A stretch of 32,358 nt of DNA, from positions 1 through 32,358 of the IMG/VR virus record IMGVR_UViG_3300042431_000063; one strand, given 5' to 3'. Each line of letters opens with the position of its first letter. The stretch's first letter is position 1. Source of the stretch: a virus (taxonomy: Duplodnaviria > Caudoviricetes). Under the pieces are notes generated by a model. The model made no database searches, had not been told where the DNA came from, and saw nothing but the letters and a program-made list of their open reading frames with translations. The position numbers were made by a program, and so were the translations under genes. Shown piece by piece: positions 1-6,838 of the stretch.

Positions 1-8
1 GACCCGTT

Positions 9-320
9 ATGTCACCGACCGATAAGATCGTTTCCTTTAGAGGCGCGCAGGCCGTACCTTCGTCTCCGGGCGTGGAGCCAGTCTCGCAGGAGCAGTCTGA
101 ACTGGAGGCGTCGCTGGTCTACATTGCTACGTTCCTGCTGGACAACAAGGATAACATTAGGAATGTGGTGTGCGGCGTGATGGCAAAGGACGGGGTCGAT
201 CCGAAGTCGGACGACTTCGCTTTCCACATGCTGACCACGCCGATTGATGTGGCCGACTTTGCGCTGTCGCTGCGCTTTATGGAGGACGGGTTCCGTAGGT
301 ATCTGCCCGATCCGGACTGA
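9..320 (+). CDS. hypothetical protein (103 aa)
   Basis: ORF whose TGA overlaps the next ATG (TGATG at 318-322); no recognisable motif. Confidence 0.7.
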   Translation: MSPTDKIVSFRGAQAVPSSPGVEPVSQEQSELEASLVYIATFLLDNKDNIRNVVCGVMAKDGVDPKSDDFAFHMLTTPIDVADFALSLRFMEDGFRRYLPDPD

Positions 321-805
321 TGTACTACGGAAGTAAACGCCCGGCCCCAATACGGCTGGGCTCCCCCGTCGAGGGGCGGTATGCTGACTTCGTTCCCGAG
401 TTCGAGAAGACGAAGCGGTCTGCCGCCCAGCAAGCGGGCATCTCATTCGAGAAAGCAGTTCTCAAGAAGCTGACTTCCATTTATGGAAGGGTCGAGCCTT
501 CGCCTTGGCTGTACTACAAGACGCCAAAGCGCAGCGGCATCTGTCAGCCCGATGCCCTGTTGTGGCTGGCCGACGACCATATCTGTATTGTCGAGATCAA
601 GCTGTCGTGGATGCGGCCCGTCAGGCAAAAGCTTATGCAATTCTACGGTCCCGTGGTAGCAGCTATCCACAAGGATGTGAAGTTGTCCTACCTACAGGTC
701 TACAAGAATGCGAAGACGGCCTCACACAAGAAAGCCCTAAGCATTTATTCGCTTGACGATATGCCGATTGGCAAGTACAAAGAATGCCAGTGGCTAGGCA
801 TATGA
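320..805 (+). CDS. PD-(D/E)XK-family nuclease (restriction-endonuclease-like / resolvase-like)
   Basis: GISFE helix, then QPDALLW and IVEIK, then QKLMQFY: the E...PD...EXK...QxxxY arrangement. Confidence 0.65.
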   Translation: MYYGSKRPAPIRLGSPVEGRYADFVPEFEKTKRSAAQQAGISFEKAVLKKLTSIYGRVEPSPWLYYKTPKRSGICQPDALLWLADDHICIVEIKLSWMRPVRQKLMQFYGPVVAAIHKDVKLSYLQVYKNAKTASHKKALSIYSLDDMPIGKYKECQWLGI

Positions 806-816
806 TGGGAGAAGCC

Positions 817-1275
817 ATGCAGCCGACCGTGAAGTTCAAGAAGCTGAAGCCTGACGCACACCTGCCCATGCGGGCTACGTCTGGCGCAGCCTGCTACGAT
901 CTGTTTGCCAGCGATACTATCTGCATCGACGACATGCGGACCTTCAAGGTCATCGGCACAGGTATCGCCATCGAGTTGCCGCCCGGCTACGTTGGGCTGG
1001 TCTGCTCCCGCTCTGGTCTCGCCTCGAAGTATGGCATCTTCGTGCTGAACGCGCCGGGTGTCATCGACGAGGACTATCGGGGTGAACTAAAGGTGATCTT
1101 GGGGCGCCTGCCCTACACACCTCAGTGGCCCAGCGAATCCTATACGCTGGTGGAACCGGGCATGCGGATCGCCCAGCTTATGATTATGCCGGTCACTCAT
1201 CTTCCGGTTGAAGAAGTTACCGATCTCACAACAACGGCTCGCGGTGAAGGCGGCCTAGGTAGCACAGGAGTCTAA
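817..1275 (+). CDS. dut: trimeric dUTPase
   Basis: Five dUTPase motifs: AACYDL, SRSGLA, GVIDEDYRGEL, RIAQL, RGEGGLGSTG. ATG 817 chosen because GGAG lies at 808-811; the ORF track starts at 784. Confidence 0.95.
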   Translation: MQPTVKFKKLKPDAHLPMRATSGAACYDLFASDTICIDDMRTFKVIGTGIAIELPPGYVGLVCSRSGLASKYGIFVLNAPGVIDEDYRGELKVILGRLPYTPQWPSESYTLVEPGMRIAQLMIMPVTHLPVEEVTDLTTTARGEGGLGSTGV

Positions 1276-1276
1276 C

Positions 1277-1474
1277 ATGATTATCACGCAGATTGCATTC
1301 TCGACGATCATTCTGCTGGGTGCGCTGGCCTTCGTGCTGGTGGCAATCGAGGAAAAGATTCGCCCCAGCAATTGGCTTTCGCTTGGCCGGCTGGATAAGG
1401 CGATGGTCGCAATCCTCGTTATCTGTATGGTGGCGCTGTTCGTCGGCACGCTCGCCTTCATTTGGGGGGTGTGA
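1277..1474 (+). CDS. small membrane protein with two transmembrane helices
   Basis: Two hydrophobic stretches (IAFSTIILLGALAFVLVAI; AMVAILVICMVALFVGTLAFIWGV); tightly packed between neighbours. Confidence 0.7.
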   Translation: MIITQIAFSTIILLGALAFVLVAIEEKIRPSNWLSLGRLDKAMVAILVICMVALFVGTLAFIWGV

Positions 1475-1866
1475 TGGACCCGGCACTGGAGTTGCCAGAC
1501 GGCAATCCCAAGACTGTCTACGGCATGTCGAAGTCGGGCATTGAGGGAGTGCCGCCCGCGCCCCTCTTCATGGTTGGCGACGTCATGCGGCTGGGCATTC
1601 ACAAGTACGGCCTGACCAACTGGCGGCATGAGCCGATCTCGGCGTCCGTCTACTACAATGCTGCGATGCGCCATATCTTTTCGTGGTGGGACGGGCAGGA
1701 CAGCGATCTTGAAAGCGGTCAGTCCCACCTCGCACATGCCGTAGCCTGCCTGATGATCCTGATGGACGCCCGCCTGTCGGACGACCTGAATGATGACAGG
1801 CCCAGCCCCGGCCTGACGAGCGGCTATCTGGATTCCACAGCCAAGCGCCGGGAGAAGGCGGCATGA
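1474..1866 (+). CDS. dATP/dGTP diphosphohydrolase domain protein (DUF5664-like)
   Basis: KYGLTNWR, YYNAAMRHIFSWWDGQDSDLESGQSHLAHAVACLMIL match the family pattern as recalled; start overlaps the upstream stop (TGATG). Confidence 0.8.
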   Translation: MDPALELPDGNPKTVYGMSKSGIEGVPPAPLFMVGDVMRLGIHKYGLTNWRHEPISASVYYNAAMRHIFSWWDGQDSDLESGQSHLAHAVACLMILMDARLSDDLNDDRPSPGLTSGYLDSTAKRREKAA

Positions 1867-2627
1867 CACCTAAGACTGTACTGCTGATCCCCGACACGCA
1901 TGCGATGCCGGGCGACAAACTGGACCGGTTCGGCAAGATGATGGCCTTTCTGGAAGACCGCAACGTCTATCTGGATCGGGTCGTGCATATTGGCGATCTG
2001 TGGGACTTCGGGTCGCTATGCACCCATGACATGGATGACCCGCGCTGGTCGCATAGGTCCTTGCAGGCCGACATCGAAGCAGGCTTTGACGCCCTCGACT
2101 GGATCGCCTCCATCGCTGCCGCCTATGGGGGCGCCTCCATCGACTTTATTGAGGGCAACCACGAAGACCGCTACAACAAGTGGATGGCGTCGGACAACCG
2201 GCTGCTGACGTCGGAGTTCCCGAAGACCGTCAAGCAGTTGGTGGCCCAGCGGCGCCCTACCCTTGGCGTGAAGTACCATAACTTCCTGAAGCCGGTCACT
2301 ATTCACGGGGCCGTCTTCCAGCACTACTTCGTGTCGGGGGTCATGGGCAGGCCGCAGGGCGGGGAACATCACGCGAACAATCTGTTGCGTTCGCAGCATG
2401 TCTCGTCGGTGTGCGGCCACTCGCATCTGCTGTCTACTTCGACGCGGACCAAGGGCGACGGCACCAAGATCCATGCGCTGGTGGGCGGTTGCTTTGTCGA
2501 TCCGAACGGGGACTTTGCCTACGCCAAGGCAGCCAAGAAGCTGTGGTGGAATGGCTTCCATCTGCTGCACTTCTATGCACCCGGCGAGTTCGACGTCGAG
2601 TCCATCAGTCTTGAAAGATTGGGCTAA
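1863..2627 (+). CDS. calcineurin-like metallophosphoesterase
   Basis: Metal-binding motifs DTH, GDLWD, GNHE, H, GHSH in canonical order. Confidence 0.9.
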   Translation: MTPKTVLLIPDTHAMPGDKLDRFGKMMAFLEDRNVYLDRVVHIGDLWDFGSLCTHDMDDPRWSHRSLQADIEAGFDALDWIASIAAAYGGASIDFIEGNHEDRYNKWMASDNRLLTSEFPKTVKQLVAQRRPTLGVKYHNFLKPVTIHGAVFQHYFVSGVMGRPQGGEHHANNLLRSQHVSSVCGHSHLLSTSTRTKGDGTKIHALVGGCFVDPNGDFAYAKAAKKLWWNGFHLLHFYAPGEFDVESISLERLG

Positions 2628-2639
2628 CTATAGTATAAT
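2611..2639 (+). promoter_or_regulatory. sigma70-type promoter, probably leaderless
   Basis: TTGAAA (2611-2616), 17-nt spacer, TATAAT (2634-2639); ATG of the next gene is 5 nt downstream at 2645. Confidence 0.75.
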
Positions 2640-2644
2640 GGGGT

Positions 2645-2899
2645 ATGGCTAAGACCCCGGCATGGCAACGGGCCGAAGGCAAAGATCCCAAAGGCGGGCT
2701 CAATGCCAAAGGCCGTGCCTCCTACAATCGTGCGAACCCCGGTAAGCCGGGCCTCAAACCACCTCAACCCGAGGGAGGCCCGCGCCGGGATTCGTTCTGT
2801 GCCCGCATGAAGGGCATGAAGAAGAAGCTAACTTCCGCGAAGACGGCCAACGACCCCAACAGCCGGATCAACAAGTCACTTCGAGCGTGGCGATGCTGA
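2645..2899 (+). CDS. small basic conserved phage protein (DUF6321-like)
   Basis: AWQRAEGKDPKGGLNAKGRASYN...RRDSFCARM...SLRAWRC resembles a family common in uncultured aquatic phages (recalled). Confidence 0.75.
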   Translation: MAKTPAWQRAEGKDPKGGLNAKGRASYNRANPGKPGLKPPQPEGGPRRDSFCARMKGMKKKLTSAKTANDPNSRINKSLRAWRC

Positions 2900-3333
2900 C
2901 GACTAAGAGGGACTGGGGCCGCACAGCCAAGGAGTCGGATTCACAGGGACGATTTCGGTGTAGCCGGTGCCAAGAATGGAAATTCCCCAAAGAGTTTAAC
3001 AAGAACCGCAAGCAGAAAAGCGGCTTGAACTACTCCTGCCGTCCCTGTTCGACGCTTCGCATACGGGAATATAATTTACCCGTAAAGTATGGTATAACGG
3101 CGGGTAAGTTTGCGGAAATGATACTGGCCCAAGGCAGCAAATGCGCCTGTTGTGTCAAGCCTTTTCAAATGGAAGGCAGCAGAATGGATCGGCCTGCTGT
3201 TGACCACAATCATAATACAGGGGAAGTTCGCAGTCTGCTGTGCGGGCGTTGTAATCTGGCCGCCGGAAACCTGTTGGACAGTTCCAAGCAGGCTGAATTA
3301 ATGGCCGCTTATCTGAAGAAGTGGAACTGTTAG
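2893..3333 (+). CDS. endonuclease VII-like (His-Me finger) nuclease, probable free-standing homing endonuclease
   Basis: N-terminal CxxC...CxxC finger, then KYGIT, CACC, AVDHNHNTGEVRSLLCGRCNLAAG; visibly more AT-rich than flanks; GTG 2887 is an alternative start. Confidence 0.85.
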   Translation: MLTTKRDWGRTAKESDSQGRFRCSRCQEWKFPKEFNKNRKQKSGLNYSCRPCSTLRIREYNLPVKYGITAGKFAEMILAQGSKCACCVKPFQMEGSRMDRPAVDHNHNTGEVRSLLCGRCNLAAGNLLDSSKQAELMAAYLKKWNC

Positions 3334-3334
3334 C

Positions 3335-3826
3335 ATGTCGGACTCAGCCAAGCAAGCCCAAATGTCCGAACAGATGGCGGCCAACGCTTCAAAGGGCGCC
3401 CTAATTGAGAAGGTCGTATTCGCGGCCATCCCGATCCTGTTCTCTTGTGTCGTGTACCTGATGACGTCGCTGTCGTCGGCCAACAACGAGATCACTATTC
3501 TGAAGTCCCGCATTGCGGTGGTTGTGACGCAAGACAACCGGGCGATCCCGCCGCAGGGCACGACCATCGACATGGCCCAGATCCGCGAGCAACTGTCCAA
3601 CCGGATCGAGCAGGTGGAGCGCGACGCTTCGATTGCCCGTGGCACCATGACGCTGGACCGGGAGCGGAGCATAGCTGCGATTGACCGCTCCCGCCTTGAG
3701 AAGACTGCGGATTTCACCAATGGCATGGCCGCCCTCCGCGCCGACCTAATGCGGCTGACCAGCGAACTTGACCGGCGCCTGGCCCTCTTGGAGACCCGCA
3801 ATGGAACCGCTGCTCAATCTCGTTAG
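3335..3826 (+). CDS. membrane-anchored coiled-coil protein in the lysis region
   Basis: One TM segment (VVFAAIPILFSCVVYLMTSL) followed by heptad-rich helical sequence; directly upstream of holin and endolysin. Confidence 0.65.
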   Translation: MSDSAKQAQMSEQMAANASKGALIEKVVFAAIPILFSCVVYLMTSLSSANNEITILKSRIAVVVTQDNRAIPPQGTTIDMAQIREQLSNRIEQVERDASIARGTMTLDRERSIAAIDRSRLEKTADFTNGMAALRADLMRLTSELDRRLALLETRNGTAAQSR

Positions 3827-4319
3827 GACGGTAGCCCCGTCCATTGCGACTGCCGTGGGTGGACCGCTGGCGGGGATGGCGACCCGTGCCATTTCTGAGG
3901 CGCTGCTTGGCAAGCCGGATGGTACTGAGGCCGAGCTTGTTGAGGCGGCAGCCACGGCGACACCCGAACAGATGCTGGCCCTGAAGAAAGCCGAGCAGGA
4001 CTTTGTGGTGCGGATGCGGGAACTGGACGTCGATCTGGAACGCATCTCTAACGAGGACCGCAACAGCGCACGCGACCGGGAGATCAAGACTAAAGACTGG
4101 ACTCCGCGCCTATTGGCTGGTAGTATTACGCTAGGTTATTTTGGCGTGCTGTTCTTTATGTTGCTGCATGGCCTGCCTACGACGGGCGGCTCTGAGGCTA
4201 TGCTGGTTATGCTGGGTACGCTTGGCACTGCATGGGGCGGCGTGGTTGCCTATTACTTCGGTAGTTCTGCTGGGTCCAAGGAAAAGACTGACGCTATGAA
4301 TAGGATGACTCACAAGTGA
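3801..4319 (+). CDS. putative holin (3TM-holin-like)
   Basis: VAPSIATAVGGPLAG N-terminus, two C-terminal TM segments ending YYFGSS; GGAG at 3790-3793; overlaps the endolysin start (GTGA). Confidence 0.65.
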   Translation: MEPLLNLVRTVAPSIATAVGGPLAGMATRAISEALLGKPDGTEAELVEAAATATPEQMLALKKAEQDFVVRMRELDVDLERISNEDRNSARDREIKTKDWTPRLLAGSITLGYFGVLFFMLLHGLPTTGGSEAMLVMLGTLGTAWGGVVAYYFGSSAGSKEKTDAMNRMTHK

Positions 4320-4825
4320 AAGAGAACTACGCCAAGTGGCTGGCCCTGATTCTGAAGCATGAGGGCGGCTACGTCGATCATCCGGAAGATCCGGGCGGCG
4401 CCACCATGAAGGGCATCACGCTCGCTACCTTCTCGGCTTTCAAGGGTAAGCCCATGAGCAAGGACGAGTTGCGGGCCATCTCCGATGCCGACGTCAATAC
4501 CATCTACAAGGATCAGTACTGGGACGCGCTGAACTGCGACGACCTGAAGTCGGGCGTGGACCTGCTGGCCTTCGACATGGCCGTGAACAAGGGTGTTCGC
4601 CGGGCAGTCAGGCTGATGCAGCGGGCCGCAGGCGCTACTGAGGATGGGGTGCTTGGCCCTAAGACCATGGCCGCGATCAATGCCATGGACGCTGACGACC
4701 TGATTGCCAAGGTGTCCGAGGGTCGGCGTGACTTCTACAAGAGTCTGAAGACGTTTGCAACTTTCGGGCGCGGCTGGCTGCGGCGTGTCGATGAGACTGA
4801 GAAGGAGGCTCTCCATGCCGCTTAA
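4316..4825 (+). CDS. endolysin, glycoside hydrolase family 108 with C-terminal peptidoglycan-binding domain
   Basis: [21 protein letters not shown] catalytic motif, [25 protein letters not shown]. Confidence 0.93.
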   Translation: MKENYAKWLALILKHEGGYVDHPEDPGGATMKGITLATFSAFKGKPMSKDELRAISDADVNTIYKDQYWDALNCDDLKSGVDLLAFDMAVNKGVRRAVRLMQRAAGATEDGVLGPKTMAAINAMDADDLIAKVSEGRRDFYKSLKTFATFGRGWLRRVDETEKEALHAA

Positions 4826-4955
4826 GAAGGGCACCTCCCAGAAGGTAATCTCGGAGAACATTAGCCGCGAAGTTAAGAGTGGCCGCCCCCAGAAACAAGC
4901 AATCGCCATCGCCCTAAGCGCGGCTGGCAAGTCCAAGAAGGAATCCAAGAAGTGA
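4815..4955 (+). CDS. 46-aa basic protein (DUF6496-like)
   Basis: AGGAGG at 4803-4808 precedes ATG 4815; [16 protein letters not shown]...[17 protein letters not shown]. Confidence 0.75.
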   Translation: MPLKKGTSQKVISENISREVKSGRPQKQAIAIALSAAGKSKKESKK

Positions 4956-5950
4956 AGCGCAAAGTCAAGTTCCAAGAAGGGGGTGCGGTCGAAGAACCTG
5001 CCCGTCGCCCCACTAGGGAGTCGCCCCGGAACCGCCGCCTCCGCGAGACTATGGAGAAGTTCGGGCGCGAAGGGGGTCGTCTCCGTGCAGCAGAACGGGC
5101 ACGCGAACGGCAACTAGCTGAACGTGACGCTACCCGTCAAAGCCAAGCTGACCGGCGAGACATTGCCCGCTTCAATGATCGCGTGGACCGCGCCATGCCA
5201 GTGACGCCAGAGGAAGCGCGACGTCTCGGTGCCGAGCCTGCTCGACCGCGTCCGACTATGGCACAAGCGTCACAGCAAGTGATGAGGCCGCCGTCTCCAA
5301 GCGCGACGTCCACAGCAGGGCGGGTTGCTGGCGGTTTGGCTGGTGCCGCTATTTCGGGGGCGGCCCTTGTGCCGGGGATGGTGGACTATGGCCGCGAGGT
5401 TGCAGCGCGCAGGGGTGCCGAGGCTGATGCCCAACGCGAGGCAAATCTTCGGGCTCTCCGCAATCGGGAAGTAAACACGCCTGCTGATGGTCCCGCCGCA
5501 GGTTCTATGCAGAGTGCCGCTCCTGCCCCGGCTCGCCCTGCTCCGCGCCCGGCTGCTCGTCCTGCGCCAGCCCCGGCTCCGCGCCCCCGTTTCCGGGAGA
5601 TGACGGCTGACGAACTGAATGATATGGAGCTTCGTCGTATTCGGGCCGAGCGCCAGATGGAAGAAGACGATGCCCGCGAACGTCGCCGTGGCCGAGAGGA
5701 AATGATGGGCGGCTCCGGTGATATCGGGGCGGCGTCTGCGAGGGCGCGTGGTGAACAGGTCGGCCCGCCCGGCGACTACAATATGAAGAAGGGCGGTATC
5801 GTTAAGAAGAAGGCTGGTGGCATGATTGCTGCGAAGCCGAAGAAGATGATGAAGGGCGGCGTTGTTGCCAAGCCCAAGGTTGCTGCCAAATCCAAAACCA
5901 AGCCGATGCCCTTTAAGAAGGGCGGCGTTATTAAGAAGGGAAAGAAGTAA
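4952..5950 (+). CDS. 332-aa low-complexity basic protein with repeated xxGG motifs
   Basis: GTG overlaps the upstream stop; FQEGG at the N-terminus, Arg/Glu-rich helices, Gly/Ala hydrophobic segment, Pro-Ala linker, four C-terminal KKGG/KAGG/MKGG units. Confidence 0.8.
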   Translation: MKRKVKFQEGGAVEEPARRPTRESPRNRRLRETMEKFGREGGRLRAAERARERQLAERDATRQSQADRRDIARFNDRVDRAMPVTPEEARRLGAEPARPRPTMAQASQQVMRPPSPSATSTAGRVAGGLAGAAISGAALVPGMVDYGREVAARRGAEADAQREANLRALRNREVNTPADGPAAGSMQSAAPAPARPAPRPAARPAPAPAPRPRFREMTADELNDMELRRIRAERQMEEDDARERRRGREEMMGGSGDIGAASARARGEQVGPPGDYNMKKGGIVKKKAGGMIAAKPKKMMKGGVVAKPKVAAKSKTKPMPFKKGGVIKKGKK

Positions 5951-6340
5951 CATGCCTGGTATGATGAAGAAGGGAATGATGTATCGGGAGGGCGGGCCGG
6001 TGCGCGCGTCTGGTAAGCGGCGGGGTATGGACGGCGGCCAGAAGGGCGTGCCAGTGATGACGCAGGAGCAGCGCCGTCAGGCTCGCAGCATGATGACCCC
6101 GGAGGAACGTCGTGAGGCTGATGCCCCGCTGACGGCCCGTGAACTAGAGGGCATGTCGAGCCGCTTCAAGAAGGGCGGCATGGTCAAGAAGAAGGCCGGT
6201 GGTATGATCGGCAAGCCCAAGGCGAAGGGGAAGTAACATGATGCGTTCGAACATGGGCAAGCAGATTACGCAAGGCCCGATGAAGAAGAAGGCTGGCGGC
6301 ACCGTGAAGGCGAAGCCGGTCAAGATGCAGAAGGGTGGCA
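5783..6340 (+). repeat. dispersed degenerate coding repeats (AAGAAGGGCGG-like and AAGAAGAAGGCNGGNGG units)
   Basis: Units near 5785, 5803, 5850, 5915, 6168, 6186, 6283 and 6329; the junction GAAGTAACATG occurs at two consecutive gene boundaries (about 5944-5954 and 6230-6240). Confidence 0.7.
5952..6236 (+). CDS. 94-aa basic protein with xxGG motifs
   Basis: ATG one base after the upstream TAA; YREGG, FKKGG, KKAGG; C-terminus paralogous to that of 4952-5950. Confidence 0.75.
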   Translation: MPGMMKKGMMYREGGPVRASGKRRGMDGGQKGVPVMTQEQRRQARSMMTPEERREADAPLTARELEGMSSRFKKGGMVKKKAGGMIGKPKAKGK

Positions 6341-6411
6341 AGGTGCCGTGCGCGCAGTGCCCGAACCCGGCGGCTTGCCGTAAGGCTGGTCGCTGCCTGA
6401 TGGCTGGCTAA
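6238..6411 (+). CDS. 57-aa basic protein with xxGG motifs and a four-cysteine tail (not in the ORF track)
   Basis: Hand translation: MMRSNMGKQITQGPMKKKAGGTVKAKPVKMQKGGKVPCAQCPNPAACRKAGRCLMAG; fills the gap exactly and its TAA overlaps the next ATG. Confidence 0.75.
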   Translation: MMRSNMGKQITQGPMKKKAGGTVKAKPVKMQKGGKVPCAQCPNPAACRKAGRCLMAG

Positions 6412-6596
6412 TGGCCAAGAAGCCCGAAAGCCGCGTCAACGAGGCGGGCAACTATACCAAGCCGACCATGCGGAAGCGCCTCTTTGAGAAGATCAAGGCG
6501 GGCGACAAGGGTGGTCGGCCTGGGCAGTGGAGCGCCATCAAGGCATCCATGCTCGCCAAGGAATACAAAGCTAAAGGCGGCGGGTTTACTTCGTGA
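6411..6596 (+). CDS. small basic conserved phage protein (DUF5872-like, first part)
   Basis: NYTKPTMRKRLFEKIKAGDKGGRPGQWSA...YKAKGGGF, a recalled conserved phage pattern; coupled stop/start junctions. Confidence 0.75.
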   Translation: MAKKPESRVNEAGNYTKPTMRKRLFEKIKAGDKGGRPGQWSAIKASMLAKEYKAKGGGFTS

Positions 6597-6838
6597 AGAA
6601 GCCTCAGAAATCCTTGACTAAATGGTTGGCCGAGGATTGGCAAACTAAAAGCGGTAAGCCCAGCACACAAGGGCCGGAGGCTACGGGCGAACGCTTCTTG
6701 CCCAAAGCGGCTATTAAGGCCATGCCTCCGGCAGTCTACGCAGCAAGCACGGCGGCGAAGCGGAAGGCGACGAAGGCTGGCAAGCAGTTTTCGAAGCAGC
6801 CTGCCAGCGCCGCCAAGATCGCGAAGAAGTTCCGCTAG
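6593..6838 (+). CDS. small basic conserved phage protein (DUF5872-like, second part)
   Basis: QKSLTKWLAEDWQTKSGKPS...GERFLPKAAIKA...KQFSKQP; GTGA overlap with the upstream gene. Confidence 0.75.
   Translation: MKKPQKSLTKWLAEDWQTKSGKPSTQGPEATGERFLPKAAIKAMPPAVYAASTAAKRKATKAGKQFSKQPASAAKIAKKFR

Noticed and set aside
1474-1866. Calling this a Z-genome (2-aminoadenine) phage
   Set aside because: The diphosphohydrolase alone is insufficient; no purZ or DNA polymerase is in the window
4755-5951. ORF-track upstream starts at 4755 and 5862 (also 784, 3768, 9018, 9778, 18589)
   Set aside because: They overlap neighbouring genes or promoters; downstream starts have an RBS, stop-start coupling or promoter support
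5783-6340. Recurrent AAGAAGGGCGG units as a possible CRISPR array
   Set aside because: Units are degenerate at third codon positions, irregularly spaced and in frame within genes; no cas genes
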